DNA from: Eledone cirrhosa
Lineage: Eukaryota
NCBI GenBank assembly: GCA_964016885.1
Contig: OZ024743.1
Span: forward strand, 186,001 to 250,000
DNA length: 64,000 nucleotides
Direction of reading: 5' to 3'
Of this stretch, positions 28,162-41,577 are shown piece by piece. The position numbers and the translations under genes are program-made. The notes under the pieces were generated by a model, which was not told the DNA's origin, did not search any database, and saw only the letters and a list, made by a program, of their open reading frames with translations. Within the stretch, counting starts at the first letter, position 1. Each line of letters opens with the position of its first letter.

Positions 28162-29968
28162 GTCCTTCTGGTTTTATAATTTCACAAAGTTTTACCAATA
28201 GAGAGAGAGTCGGTTTCTAACATAAACACAAGACTCTCTCATTGGAATTTACACAACATCAACTAGGTAGATATGTATGTATGCATGCATGTGAAGATAT
28301 GGATGTTATTGTATGTGTGGATGTGGATGTTTTGAGTTGTATGTGTGCATGTGTATATGCTTTGTATCTGTACATGTGTATATGCAGTTATTAGATGCAA
28401 AGTTTTTGGAATGTTTTACATATTTTTACTGTTCCATTAATGGATTGTACTTGTAGTTTCCTAACTAGTTGTGTTCTTTCTGTTCCTGTGAAGCCTAGCT
28501 TCTCAAGATTTGTATTGAGGCAGTTACTAACATATCCCAGTGCCCCAATAATCACAGGCATAAATCTGAAGGTGTAATCAGGGTGGAGTATCTGCAGATT
28601 TCTCATCAGTTCTGCATAAATATTCTCCTTTTCACTAATCTTTGATATTATATTGGCATCTGCTGGGCAGCTAATTTTCACTACTGTGCATGTTTTCTTC
28701 TCCCTGTCCCATATCATAATATCTGGTCTGTTATGCCTGCATTTTATTGGGGTTTTTACTGGAACATTCCACCAGTACTCCTTCATATTATGTAAATGGA
28801 TGTCTTCCACATTGTTGTAGCTTTTAATGTGTTTATTATCGGGGCTATATTTTTTACGAACTGCATTGTACAGTGTTTTGGGCACTACATCATGCCTCAT
28901 AGGTAGATAGTACCGCGATGACATCTTTGGACAGCTGCTGATGACATGGGTGATATCCTCGATGTTAGTTCTGCAGAGTCTGCACTTGTTATCACATCTA
29001 GGTGTTTTGCCTGCATCCCTATCTCTTTTGTGAATCAGGTATTTCGTGCTAATCTCCTGTTCCTGGATTGCAAAAGCGTATCCTTCAAAGTGGGAGCCAA
29101 TATAGCGGTTGTTGGTCCAAGATAGACTACTTTCCTTATCTATATTACTCTCATTCTGGAGCTCCCTGGCAACATATCCATGCATGATTTTTTGCTGATA
29201 GGCATGCAGTTTTTCATCCATGGATTCACTACGATACTGCTGAGCGACATCCCTGGGTGTGAGTTTTTGATTATCACACAGGGAATATCTCTCAAGGAGT
29301 TCCTTCCCAACTCTCATGATCTTATCTGTTTCATGCAGATAGACTTGCTCGAGAAGCGGGCTCCTACACTTCGAGGTTCGTAGATGTTGTCGGAGAGATA
29401 TGATGCGACATTCAAATGTTGTCTGGACTGATGTTAGGCCTCTGCCTCCTTGCTTACGTTTCAAGTAAAGGCGGTCTATGCCACTGTTGATATGGAAGTT
29501 TCCGGTGTTGTTCAGTATTTTTCGAGTTCCAACATCAACTGCTCGGATTTCGTCTATCGTCCAATTGAGTATTCCAAACGTTGGTGTTAGGACAGGCACA
29601 GCAAACACATTGGGGGCCACTGTTTTGTTTTGCGCAGAGAGTTCCGATGACCAGATCTTTCTTAATCGGGTGTAGTATTCCCTGGTTACGCGTTCTTTGT
29701 TACAGATACCATTATAGGATATGTTTTCATCTATCCCCAGGTATCTGTAGCAGTCCTCATCAGATATCGGTGAAACAGTTAGACCATTGATGACAATGTT
29801 GCTAGATTGGGTTGTTGTTTTCCCCCGCTTTACAGTCATGTATGAGCATTTATCTTGGCCAAACTCCATTCCTATATCCTTTGAGAACGTTGTAACCAGG
29901 TCAAGATTTTTCTTCATCCCATCCATGTTCTTGGCATAGAGTTTCAGATCGTCCACAAATAAGTTATG
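28162..29968 (-). mobile_element. 5'-truncated R4/Dong-clade non-LTR retrotransposon (RT C-half, CCHC knuckle, restriction-like endonuclease)
   Basis: Open frame 29968-28391: HNLFVDDLKLY, YRYLG, GGRGL, CRLC..EDITHVISSC, RHD, HNRPDIMIWD..K..IYAEL, PVIIGALG. Both ends abut (CATA)n arrays. The first ~50 aa of the ORF-track entry are read through the microsatellite. Confidence 0.88.
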
Positions 29969-30071
29969 TATGTATGTATGTATGTATGTATGTATGTATG
30001 TATGTATGTATGTATGTATGTATGTATGTATGTATGTATGTACGTATGTATGAATGTATGTATGTATGTAT

Positions 30072-30490
30072 GATTGTATGTATGCGTGTATGTATTTATG
30101 TTTTCTTTTATTTTGTTTCACTTAATTTCGAGTTTATTTTTGATTGGATACTTTCGTGGCAAGATTGTAAAGAAAAGGAAATTGACGCAATCGTTCAGTA
30201 TTTGAATCTTAAGAACATTTTACAGATTTCGAAGATTCCAGCTGCATTCTTTTTCCAGGAATCCAAATTCAGTCATATGGTATATATTCAGGCACGTGGT
30301 ATATATTATGCATCTCTAATAATAAGATACATGAAAATGAGCGTGTTTTGGGTATTGGATCTGCAAAATCCTCATCAATGCTCTTGTATCGTTTTTTTTT
30401 TTTACTATATTAACACTGAGTGTGCAGCTGGATTCTATGACGATCCAAAGTATCAGGCCGATTGTGTTTTAATTTGGGGACTGCTTTTTT
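30072..30490 (-). mobile_element. Degenerate Dong/R4 3' fragment, similar to 22108-22568
   Basis: Shares cttaatttcgagt..aaagaaattg..aatccaa.ttcagtcata..tatcaggccg.ttgtg.tttaatttgg with the 22.1-22.6 kb copy, flanked by (CATA)n. Confidence 0.7.
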
Positions 30491-30668
30491 GTATGTATGA
30501 ATGTATGACTGTCTGAGAGCCCCGTGTGTGTCACACCTGTAAGACAGTATGCAGGAGCAAAGCAGCTTTGCGGAGTAATTTACGGTGTCATCACCGTTCA
30601 GTATAACGTTGATGTGATAGCTCTCTTCCGCACAGCTGGCAATTATTATTATTATTATTATATATTAT

Positions 30669-31240
<572 letters not shown>

Positions 31241-31241
31241 T

Positions 31242-31291
<50 letters not shown>

Positions 31292-31298
<7 letters not shown>

Positions 31299-31860
31299 AT
31301 ACTTTGGGAGGGTCATGTTGCCAATAAGAAACACACGCACCAGTTGCTTTCACTTCAATTTAATTTAATATATATTTATAAATTTACAAATTTATAAATT
31401 TCTGGTTGGTTGGTTGGTTCCACAACCAGATAGTTGTTTATATATATATAGTCATAGTTCTTTCGTCACACACTCTGTGACCTCTTCAGTGACTGGGGAT
31501 TTCTTTCTTCGTTTCTGTGCCTTTCCTTTCTTCTATCCTACGCCATTTTGTTGGCGTAGGATAGAAGAAAGGAAAGGCACAGAAACGAAGAAAGAAATCC
31601 CCAGTCACTGAAGAGGTCACAGAGTGTGTGACGAAAGAACTATGACTATATATATATAAACAACTATCTGGTTGTGGAACCAACCAACCAACCAGAAATT
31701 TATAAATTTGTAAATTTATAAATATATATTAAATTAAATTGAAGTGAAAGCAACTGGTGCGTGTGTTTCTTATTGGCAACATGACCCTCCCAAAGTATAA
31801 CAATATCGGTTTCAACACACGATTTCAGATAAAGAATCTTGCTAAACAAATTCAGAAACG

Positions 31861-31862
<2 letters not shown>
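31292..31862. mobile_element. Fold-back element family H (about 510-bp palindrome, centre ~31548) with hammerheads
   Basis: Essentially perfect arms with a 6-nt loop. Plus-strand HHR at 31603-31647: AGUCA-CUGAAGA-G.GUCAC..GUGAC-GAAA-GAAC-UA|UGACU, mirror copy at 31450-31494. (TA)n on both sides. Confidence 0.85.
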
Positions 31863-31911
<49 letters not shown>

Positions 31912-31919
31912 TATATATG

Positions 31920-31976
<57 letters not shown>

Positions 31977-31977
31977 T

Positions 31978-32022
<45 letters not shown>

Positions 32023-32050
32023 GTATATACACATATATATATGTGTGTAT

Positions 32051-32104
<54 letters not shown>

Positions 32105-32107
<3 letters not shown>

Positions 32108-32638
32108 AAAGTTCTATTTAAATTGTTGGGATACAACAACAAATGTTATTATAACTGATATAAAGCATTCGACAAATATTTGGAGTAGATATACAATATT
32201 AATAAATGGAAACTATATTTATAAAACCATATTTATTTCATTATATATATTTCAAGGATACCAAGTTAAATCATGGTATGTCTTCATCAGACAAATACAA
32301 TATATAACAGTTTTACAAATAGATATTGACGTACCCTTTCAAAAAGGTGACCGTTGTTTTTGGAGGCCATCCGGATAGTGGTTTGTTTATTTTAGGAAGT
32401 CATAGTGTTAAGAGTAAGTAAAAAGATGGAGAGAGAGAGATAAAGTAAACAAACCACTAACCGGATGGCCTCCAAAAACAACGGTCACCTTTTTGAAAGG
32501 GTACGTCCATATCTATTTGTAAAACTGTTATATATTGTATTTTGTCTGATGAAGGCATACCATGATTTAACTTGGTATCCTTGAAATATATATAATGAAA
32601 TAAATATGGTTTTATAAATATAGTTTCCATTTATTAAT

Positions 32639-32644
<6 letters not shown>
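32105..32644. mobile_element. Fold-back element family A' (arms ~32190-32392 and ~32441-32644) with hammerheads
   Basis: Homologous to 451-890. Plus-strand HHR at 32538-32602: UAUUUUGU-CUGAUGA-AGGcAUACCA..UGGUAUCCUU-GAAA-UAUAUA-UA|AUGAAAUA. Confidence 0.8.
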
Positions 32645-32703
<59 letters not shown>

Positions 32704-33219
32704 CAATAGCAGAGATAGTTTAAAGCTAAACTCTGACTGGTAACCATCTCACTCAACAAACATTAGGTTATATTAAAATATAAACCCAATTTAAGTGTTT
32801 GGGGTGCTAACAATATGTATAATGTGGAAAAACCAGTTGTATTATTTTATGAGACATAATTAAAGTTAAAGTATATCTCTCTTTCCAAACAATTGTTTCA
32901 TTATAAGTTTTCTACAAGTTTGGGAGAATGTTTCCAGTTTATGTAGAAGCCTAATATATATTCATGTAAGAATATATTTAGGTGGGCACTAAATAAATCA
33001 TCAGTGGAAGCCCATTAAACATTGATATAAGAAAACAATTTCTTACCGCTGTCAAAAATCATGTCCGTAAAGTTGCTCTCTCTCACCTCGAATGACCGCC
33101 AAAACACGCGGGTTAATTATTTTTTTGAAAACATTATCAATCCAACGTGTTTAAGAACTCAATTGAAAATAAAAAAATAAATATAGGCTTGTATAAATTA
33201 CACACGCATATAGATATAT

Positions 33220-34000
33220 ATATAATGAAAAATTGAACGGGAACAAAACAGAGAGGCAGTACAACAAATGTTTATTAATTTCACGCTCTTGAGAGTGGGG
33301 AACGACGTTTCGGGCACAAGCCCTTCTTCAGGTGAAAAGTGTGTGGGAAGAGAGTTCAAAGGGTGTGTAGGGGAGTGGTGGAGAGACATATAGCAAAAAG
33401 GGGGTGAGAGGAAACGGTGCAAATGAAATTAAAAATAAAGGCATGATCAAAAATAAAATTAAAATGGGGTAAAACAGGTGGTGGAAGGGTGTGGAGCATG
33501 TAGGGGTGGTGGCGGGTGGAGTGGAGAGAGGGAGACGGGGTGTCCGAGCGGGGAGGGCTGAAGGTGGTGTGTGTGTGTAGGTGTACGTGTGTGTGTGTGT
33601 GTGTGTATGTGAAAGCAAGGGTTGGGGGAAGAACGGCGTTGCATGTGTGTGGGGTGGGGTGTAGGTCGGAGTGTGTGTGCGTGTGTTGATAGAGGGGTGG
33701 GGGGAGAGGAATCCGGAGGCTGAATGTGTAAATATGTGGTGGTACGCACGTGTGTGTGTGGTGTTTAAGCGTGTTGTGGGTGTAGGTGGCGTGTGGGAAA
33801 AAAAAAGTTTGTGGGTGTGTGTGTGGGTGAGTCATAAAGGTGATTCCGTAAGAAGATGTGGTGGGATGCTTAGTAAAATCCTTGGATGTGGTTGATTCCG
33901 GGATCAAGGTTCACATACGTGTAATCCGTGTAGAGATTGTTCGGAAGAGGGGAGATGTGGGGTGCGCGCGCAACAGGAAGTAGTCAAGGCAGTAGGAGTG
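33220..34000 (-). mobile_element. Penelope-like element 3' remnant with hammerhead core at ~33302-33335
   Basis: Minus strand reads C-CUGAAGA-AGGGC-UUGU-GCCC-GAAACGUC, followed by AAUAAA and preceded by a C/A-rich tract. The coding remnant upstream is too decayed to call. Confidence 0.6.
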
Positions 34001-34404
34001 TGATATGAATGTATGTATATCTCAATTTATGTATGTATTTACATGATAAACATATTTTAATGTATCTAAAAAGAACATACCCGTTCGTGACAAAATGTTC
34101 TTGATCTTCATGTGAATCTGCATCTGTGAAAGAGAATATAATATATATATAACTTCCAACAATAGAAATACATCATGAGTGTTTATATATATAAATATAT
34201 TTATATCTCTGTCTGTAACACTTAAAAATGTACACATACAAACATACACACACGTCCACATACAGCCAATGCATATCATATCTCAGTTACGCTGCTATAA
34301 TAAGAAGTTCACTGCCCATCACAAGCTCCCAGTTTCTAAGTCTACATTTGTCCCTGAAAATAGTCATTTCTCCAACGTTACTCTTAAATTTAATACTATC
34401 TCGA

Positions 34405-34825
34405 GCCGGTGGGGATGGACCGAGGGGGCGGCAAAAGGCTAGACGCCATGACTATCTTCTCGTTCCGCGGTGGCAAACCCCTCGTCTGGAATGCCACTTG
34501 CACCGACACTTTCTGCAGCCGCAACCTAGTGCAGTCTGCGACTAACCCAGGTTCTGCTGGACGTCGGGCTAAGGAGGACAAACTCTTCAAATACCGGTCG
34601 CTCTCCGAGAGGTTTGCGGTCGTACCATTGGCAGTGGAGACTTCTGGTGTCCTAGGCCCTAGGACTACCTCCCCACTCACTACCATAAGCGCTGAGCTGG
34701 CCAGCCGCAGGTATGAGCCTCGCGAGTCGGAATGGCCCTCCCAGCGCATCTCCCTTACCATCCTCCGGGGAAACGCCTTCTCCATTCTGTACGCCGGGGC
34801 TGTGGGGAGGCCATCAATATGATTA
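34405..34825 (+). mobile_element. 3' fragment of a CRE-like non-LTR retrotransposon (restriction-like endonuclease)
   Basis: GC-rich island encoding GKRLDAMTIF..GKPLVWNATCTDT..KLFKYRSL..VPLAVETSGVLGP..QRISLTILRGNAFSIL, typical of the CRE-type RLE domain. The RPDG and WD motifs are decayed. Confidence 0.7.
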
Positions 34826-35420
34826 CTTGACCCTTTCATTTCCATACTTTTACATATATTCTGAACGCTTTTGTAATTATATCCTTGAAATATATTCCTC
34901 AAATATTCTTATTTTTAGTCACTTCCACGTTGCAGTAAACAGCATAAACTATAAGGGTTTATTCATGAGAATCCTTAACGTATCTAAACGCAAATTTTAC
35001 ACTTCGTGTGATTACTCATATATCGTGTAAACCTGGTATATATTACATAACAGTCCAGACTCCAAAAATTGATTAAGCTCTACGCTGTTGCCGTCAATAT
35101 TGACGATACGACTCCAACTCTGATATGGCATAAATAGAAAAAGGTTTCTATTAAAGCATACCCCCCCCCCCCACACACATATATATATATATATCAGTGT
35201 TGTAGTTTGCTTGAAGCATTGTTGAATAGGAAATATAATTAAATTTGCTAAGTTAAAATTGTATCGTTATCTTGACATCTTTAATTTTTTAATGCATTGT
35301 ATGGCTTTTAAAATTATATATATATATTTATATATATATGATGTGTAGGACATATATTTAATCATTTATATATCTATAGATACATAAATCATATATGTAT
35401 ATAAATTAAATCATATATAT

Positions 35421-35462
<42 letters not shown>

Positions 35463-35929
35463 TTATATGTATGTATATATACATATATATATATAAAGAA
35501 AGACATGAGCGATAACATTTCAAATAAAAATTTAGAAAATTAGGCATGAAAATACTTTTGAAAAGGTGTTTACGGAAAACCGGTTAAATACAAAAACTAT
35601 TCTTTCTATGTGAATATAACATCTATATATAAATAAAAAATCTATATATAACATCTATATATAAATAAAAATACAATTGCTGTCTTTTTCAAATCTTTTT
35701 TATTACTTTTACTATATAGGTCGTTATTCAACACATAGTCAATGCTTCCCCGTCAGATAGGCGTTTAAATGTAAATAAAAATAAAGTTTTGTCTTTGTTA
35801 GGCCTGCTATTGAAGAGGTCTTTACATTTCAATACCTACCAGAAAAGGTGGTTTTGATCTCAGTTACTGACTGCTTACCTGATATTGAAATGCTGGATAT
35901 ATGATTCAGTTTCTCTTCCTCTTCTTAAT

Positions 35930-36112
35930 AAATAGGAAAAGAGTCAGGATCTCGACGGCTGAGCTCCGGCCGTTTCAACAGCTAGACCTGTTCGGATCTA
36001 CCTGTCGAAACGGCTGGAGCTCAGCCGCCGGAGTCCTGACTCTTTTCCTATTATCCATTCTACTACACTAAGTATGGAGTAATCTGGTCCATCTGGTTCC
36101 TTACCACACTTT

Positions 36113-36115
<3 letters not shown>
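35930..36115. mobile_element. Diverged fold-back family I copy
   Basis: ataggaaaagagtcagga..gagctc..gtcgaaacggc..tcctgactcttttcctat plus the ggttccttaccaca tail. Confidence 0.72.
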
Positions 36116-36169
<54 letters not shown>

Positions 36170-36178
<9 letters not shown>

Positions 36179-36340
36179 AATGGCTTCTACAGGACTAGAA
36201 CTGTTCCATTCAGAGGAAATCATCAGGAAAGCCCTAATGGCTTTCCTGTAGAAGCCATTTCTATAGTAAATATTTATACACTGCTATGTATTGAGTACCT
36301 TACTTACTGTGGTTACCCCCGATTGAACGCGGGATAAACA
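36170..36340. mobile_element. Fold-back family B (related fragment at 970-1026)
   Basis: atagaaatggcttctacagga / tcctgtagaagccatttctat. The minus strand has CUGAUGA-UUUC..GAAU-G(G/A)AACAG..GUC. Confidence 0.6.
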
Positions 36341-36489
36341 TATATATATGTATATATATATGTATATATATATGTATATATATATGTATATATATATTTA
36401 CAAAATATTTATACAAAATTGAATTAGATGATCTTGCCGTAACTTTGAATAAATAATATAGTTTCATAATAACGGGAAATGATGGGCAT

Positions 36490-36560
36490 CGGTATCACAG
36501 GGGTCGAACCCACACCTCTTGTTTTCAGGACAGAGTGTTCTACAATTTACGCCAATTAAT
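36490..36560 (-). pseudogene. tRNA-like sequence (pseudo-tRNA or SINE head)
   Basis: tggcgtaaattg A box and ggttcgacccc B box on the minus strand. The acceptor stem does not pair. Confidence 0.4.
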
Positions 36561-38885
36561 CCACTCATTATCTCACATCGCTAGCCATCAGTAACTGACA
36601 TCAGCACTGCCTCACCTCCCAATTACTTACCGTAGCAAGAATGAAAGAATAAAGGACAGAATGAATGTATGATTAAATTTTTAGATTAATTACCCAACGG
36701 CATATATAAATATAACTAAAATTTCTATGAATGAATTTTCAGTTTAACGACTAGACGGCATAAATAAATATAACTAAAACACGAGAAGAAAATAAAGAAG
36801 AAAGAACGTAAGAAAGAACATTAACTTTTACAAGAACAAAATGAGCAAACAACAACAACAACAATTATAATAACAGTAACAGCCTTAACAGCAACAACAC
36901 GTATAAAAGTATGGCTCGTAACGATTAAAGATATATTTCAATTATTTCTGTACAAATAAATATGCCGTTTACTGGAGAAAGAGAGAGAGATAGAGAGATA
37001 GGGTGTGTGAGAGAGAGAGAGAGGCGGGGAGCCAAAGAGGGGGAGAGAAAGAGAGAGAGTCTCGATTATCCGAGATTAACGATCTATTTTCGATTCTTCC
37101 TACACACTGCTCTCATCTATTTATCTAAATAAAGATAGTTGGAAAGGGTATAAACACCACAACATCTCATTCGTCTTCCCTATAAAATATTCTTATATAA
37201 GAATATTTTGTTTTTGTTTAAACAAAACAATATTTGATAAATATTTATATCGATAAAAGGCCGTGAATTGGTTCAATACATAATATCCGGTACGTGTTTT
37301 ATACACAGTCGGAGCATAGTTGTTGAGTAAAAGACAGGGTGAAGTCCAGATATAATATCGTTAAATCTTAAGGATAAAAAATATCAGCCTTAATATGAAA
37401 AGGAAATTTATTGATATAGTTATTCAAACAATTTGGTTATAACATATTTTAAATTTTTTCTCTCTCTTGAACAAAAATTCAGGGCTGATCTTTAGTTGTT
37501 TACAAAGACTATACCCAACTATTAATTTTTTAAAACCTTTGTTAGATAATTTTGGGCACCAGATTTAGTTCGCCTTTGTTGATTCTAGGATTTACATGCA
37601 AACTAGATTTTTAAAGCTACTAGTCAGAAATGTCTTTGTACCAACTAAAATGAGAGTGATTTCCACTAGCTTAAGACTTGCTTGTTTATTGTTTCATTTT
37701 GATAAATATTTGTGTATAATTAAACAATTTAGAATTCTTATAATATATTTTCGTTCTTAATTTTATAAATATCTAAAAAGAAAGTTCAACCAAACTTTAC
37801 GTAAAAAGTATATATAATACGTGTGAGACTGATTTTCAAGTAAAAATCATTATACAACGACTAGCAGAAAAACCACCCTTTGGGTGGTTTTTCTGCTAGC
37901 ATGTGTAGTGTGTATATTGATATTATGCGCAGGTATATATACATGTAGATATGATACATCAAATAAAATCGTAATTGACAATATAGATAGAAATTGAACG
38001 AAGACTGCGTAACACTGTCTTATTTAATCAATAAAGTAATCCATGATACATTAAAAAAGACGATATTATATATAAACTGCATTAGGAGAAAATTAGTGAC
38101 AGAAAATTAGTATGTTTATTTAAGCGATCGCCAACCGGAAGTGTTGACATTTCAGAAACTTTAAAGAAGTGAATCTTTAAATAAACAAAATATATTTAAT
38201 CAGCAGCCACGATATTTAGTAGATAAATTATCTACTAAATATTCATTCATTATTTATTCAAAGTAATCCAACTTATTTTACTAATGGGATAAAAAATTAT
38301 AAACGGTACGCAATCCCGCGCTCCTTACTTTATTATAGTTTAGATTATAAACCAAAAAATGGTTATTCACGTTATTCTCCTCTCTCATTTCTTATTCAAA
38401 CCGATACAATTGTGTCTAATACCCGTATCATTTTTGCACCACTCATTATGTTCCGTTATACTATTTCAGAAATCATATATATATATATATATTTATATAT
38501 GCATGGTCCCGTAACTCCTGATGGAGTCGTAGGGGCGTCGTAAAGGCGTTACTAGAGCATTATTTAAAGCCTGGTGGAGCCCATTCCTCTCCAGGTATCT
38601 CTCTATCTCTCCTCTCTCTTTTCTCTCTCTCTTTCTCTCTCTTTCTCTCCCTCTCTCTCTCTCTCTTTTTCTCTTTCTCTCACTCTCTACGCACACACAC
38701 ATATATATACAGATATATACAAGTTTGGGACAAAGAAAAGAACAGTGCAATCAACATATAATGTGGAAATTGAGAGTGTTTATATTAACAGCTTCGCCAT
38801 TTCAAATTCCACTTTTCAATCGTGACTGATAGACCTATCGTATTTACAGTCATGAAACAGTTTGGTAATACGAAAATAAGTCGAC

Positions 38886-38979
<94 letters not shown>

Positions 38980-39583
38980 GCATATATATATATATGCATA
39001 TATATATATATGTATGTATATGCATATATGTGAGTGTGTATAGTATTTTTGAAGTAACCAAATGCTATATTTATGTATTAAAAGGGAGCCAATTTTCTCT
39101 CGAGTTGAATGTCAAAATTTAGTCTCCGTAGTCAATCTTTTATAGGCGACGAATTATCAGGGCCGATAGAACCTGTGTTGGATATAGTGTGTTGGGATAT
39201 TCGTTATGGGTCTCTGTGTTCTGAGTTCAATTTTTGCCGCTTTCAACATTGCCTTTCATCATTTGGAGGTCAATTAAATAGTACCAGTCCAGTACTGGAG
39301 TCGATTTTCCCTCTCTATATCTTTCTCACTTCCCCCCCCACTCGCACTCCCCCTCTCTCTCCTTCTAGAGAAGAAATTGGCTGTGTTAGGACCTGGTAAA
39401 GGCTGGGCTCCGCCAGTTTGAAAATGCCTCAAACACATCAAATGTGACTACGGCGCCTGGAAGACTGCGTCAGAAATTACTAGCCTATACATACATACAT
39501 ACATTTGGGTTCTAAAAAAAAAAAAGTTCTTCTCTCCATTCCTCATAATTATTATTTTTTTTTTTAAGAAAACTGATTTTTAC

Positions 39584-39955
39584 CTTCAAACACATTCGGG
39601 TTATTGCCATTGGCGCGTGATGATGATGATGTTGTGGACATTTCTTCGTAATCACGCGAGCACAATGAACCGGATATCCGCCTGTCGCGAGTGGATGTGA
39701 TGGTGTCCACGTGATATCCTGTATGATCGTTCAGGTAACGCTGCAGGATTGTTTGTTTGAATTTGGGGTGAGAAAGATATGAGTCTAGAGAACCTGTGTC
39801 GTTCGAACTTCCAGCGTCGCCATTTAGGCTCAGACACGAATATGAAGAGTTCTGGCATCCATTGGGTGAGTGGCTAGCTACGCTAGGAAGCGAATAGTTT
39901 TCCGATATGACATCTGTATCTTTGGGGAATGTCGTGGAATTGTCAGTGGCAACCG
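39584..39955 (-). CDS. Mkx: Mohawk exon with the [14 protein letters not shown] and [11 protein letters not shown] motifs
   Basis: Acceptor ttttttttaatctatattcag|CG (phase 1, joins the previous exon as G+CG = Ala) and donor GAAG|GTAAAA (phase 1), 372 nt. The motifs resemble vertebrate Mkx PKYKSSLLNRYLND and SGSFSSNEFEEE. Confidence 0.85.
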
Positions 39956-39987
39956 CTGAATATAGATTAAAAAAAAACCGTAAAACA

Positions 39988-40073
<86 letters not shown>

Positions 40074-40130
40074 GATATATACATAGATATATATATTATA
40101 TACATGTGTACACACACACACACACACAGA

Positions 40131-40164
<34 letters not shown>

Positions 40165-41010
40165 AATACACATATATATATCCATGCATATATGTGTGTG
40201 TGCATCAGTGTTTGGGAGTGTGTAGTATTTTGATTATTTCTTCATATGTTAGTAAAACGTGTAGAAGTTTTATTCATAATTATCATATAAAGTTTCATGA
40301 GGTATTTTGAACACAAGCGCGCACACACAAAAAAACATGCATACAGTCGTGCACACACATACGCATGCTCACGCGTACACGCACCACAGTATTCTGTTTG
40401 CAAATTGTGACAAGAAGAAAGACACACTAAATGAAAGATAAAAAGTAATAATTGTTCCTAATTTAGGCAGTTATTTGAAGGGAAGGTGAAGGTGAAAGGT
40501 CGATTAAATCGATCCCACTGCGTTACTGGTATTTTATTTTATCGACCATGTAAGGATGAAAGGCAAAGCTAATCTCGACGGTATTTGAACTTAGAACGTA
40601 AAGGGCCGTAACAATATGCCGCAAAGCATGTTGTTCGACGCTTTACCAATACTGCCAATCCACCGCCCGTATAAAGAGTAATAATTGTTTCTACGTTTGG
40701 CACAAGGCCAGCAATTACCCAGAGCATTACTGGTACTTTATTTTATCGACCCCGTAAGGATGAAAGGCAAAGTTAACCTCGGTGGGATTTGAAATCAGAA
40801 TGGCAAGGGCCGTAACTCTAGAGTAATAATATATATATATTACAGTCATGATAACCAAGGAACGCCTTATCGATGCGAAACTTGAAGGAGCGATATTTAA
40901 TTATAACAATGTTTATATTGCTATATAGGGTAAGTAATTCTTTCAACACATTCTTTCTCGCTCTATATTTTAAATATACCTTCTTTAAGACATTTTCTTC
41001 ATATATATAT

Positions 41011-41400
41011 ATTGGGAAGGTCATGTTGCCAATAAAAACACACGCACCCGTTGGTTTCCACTTCAAATCATTATAAATTTCGGTTGGCTGACTGGTTGCT
41101 TGGTTCGATAACCGGATGGTTGTTTATATATTGTCAAATCTCTTTCGTCACACATTCTGTGATCTCGTCAGTGAATGGGTTTTATTTTATGTCTCTCCTT
41201 TGTTCTCTCCTACATCATCACATTGTCAAATCCAGTTATCGAATCAACTAACCAACCAGAAATTTATAATAAATATAAGTGAAAACCAACAGGTGCGTGT
41301 GTTTTTACTGGCAGCATGATCATCCCAAAGTATAAACATATCTATTTCAACACACGTTTTCAGATAAGAAAACTTGTAAAACAAATTAAAAAACGAAGTA
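41011..41400. mobile_element. Diverged family H fold-back copy
   Basis: Same termini (ttggga.ggtcatgttgccaata..acacacgcacc). Minus-strand CUGACGA-G.AUCAC..GUGAC-GAAA at ~41130-41170. Further fragments at ~15236-15290 and ~42900-42950. Confidence 0.7.
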
Positions 41401-41440
41401 TATATATATATATATACTTCGTTTTTGAATTTGTTATATT

Positions 41441-41509
<69 letters not shown>

Positions 41510-41512
41510 CAT

Positions 41513-41577
<65 letters not shown>

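Noticed and set aside
29969-30121. N-terminal 50 aa of the 576-aa ORF
   Set aside because: Read-through of the (CATA)n flank. The element is 5'-truncated and its RLE motif reads VVKISCP rather than VVEISCP, so it is not autonomous.
31414-31683. Two near-identical 65-aa ORFs on opposite strands
   Set aside because: A trivial consequence of the palindrome. The same applies to the MTPTAELKPFRR ORFs in family I and the ORFs at 30524-31340.
33780-34000. LDYFLL-containing peptide as Penelope RT
   Set aside because: Too short and decayed to assign without a profile search.
35073-35125. AG/GT-bounded candidate Mkx microexon
   Set aside because: In-frame TGA in the required phase and the wrong length class.
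38415-38462. Another candidate microexon
   Set aside because: Immediate TAA in the required frame.
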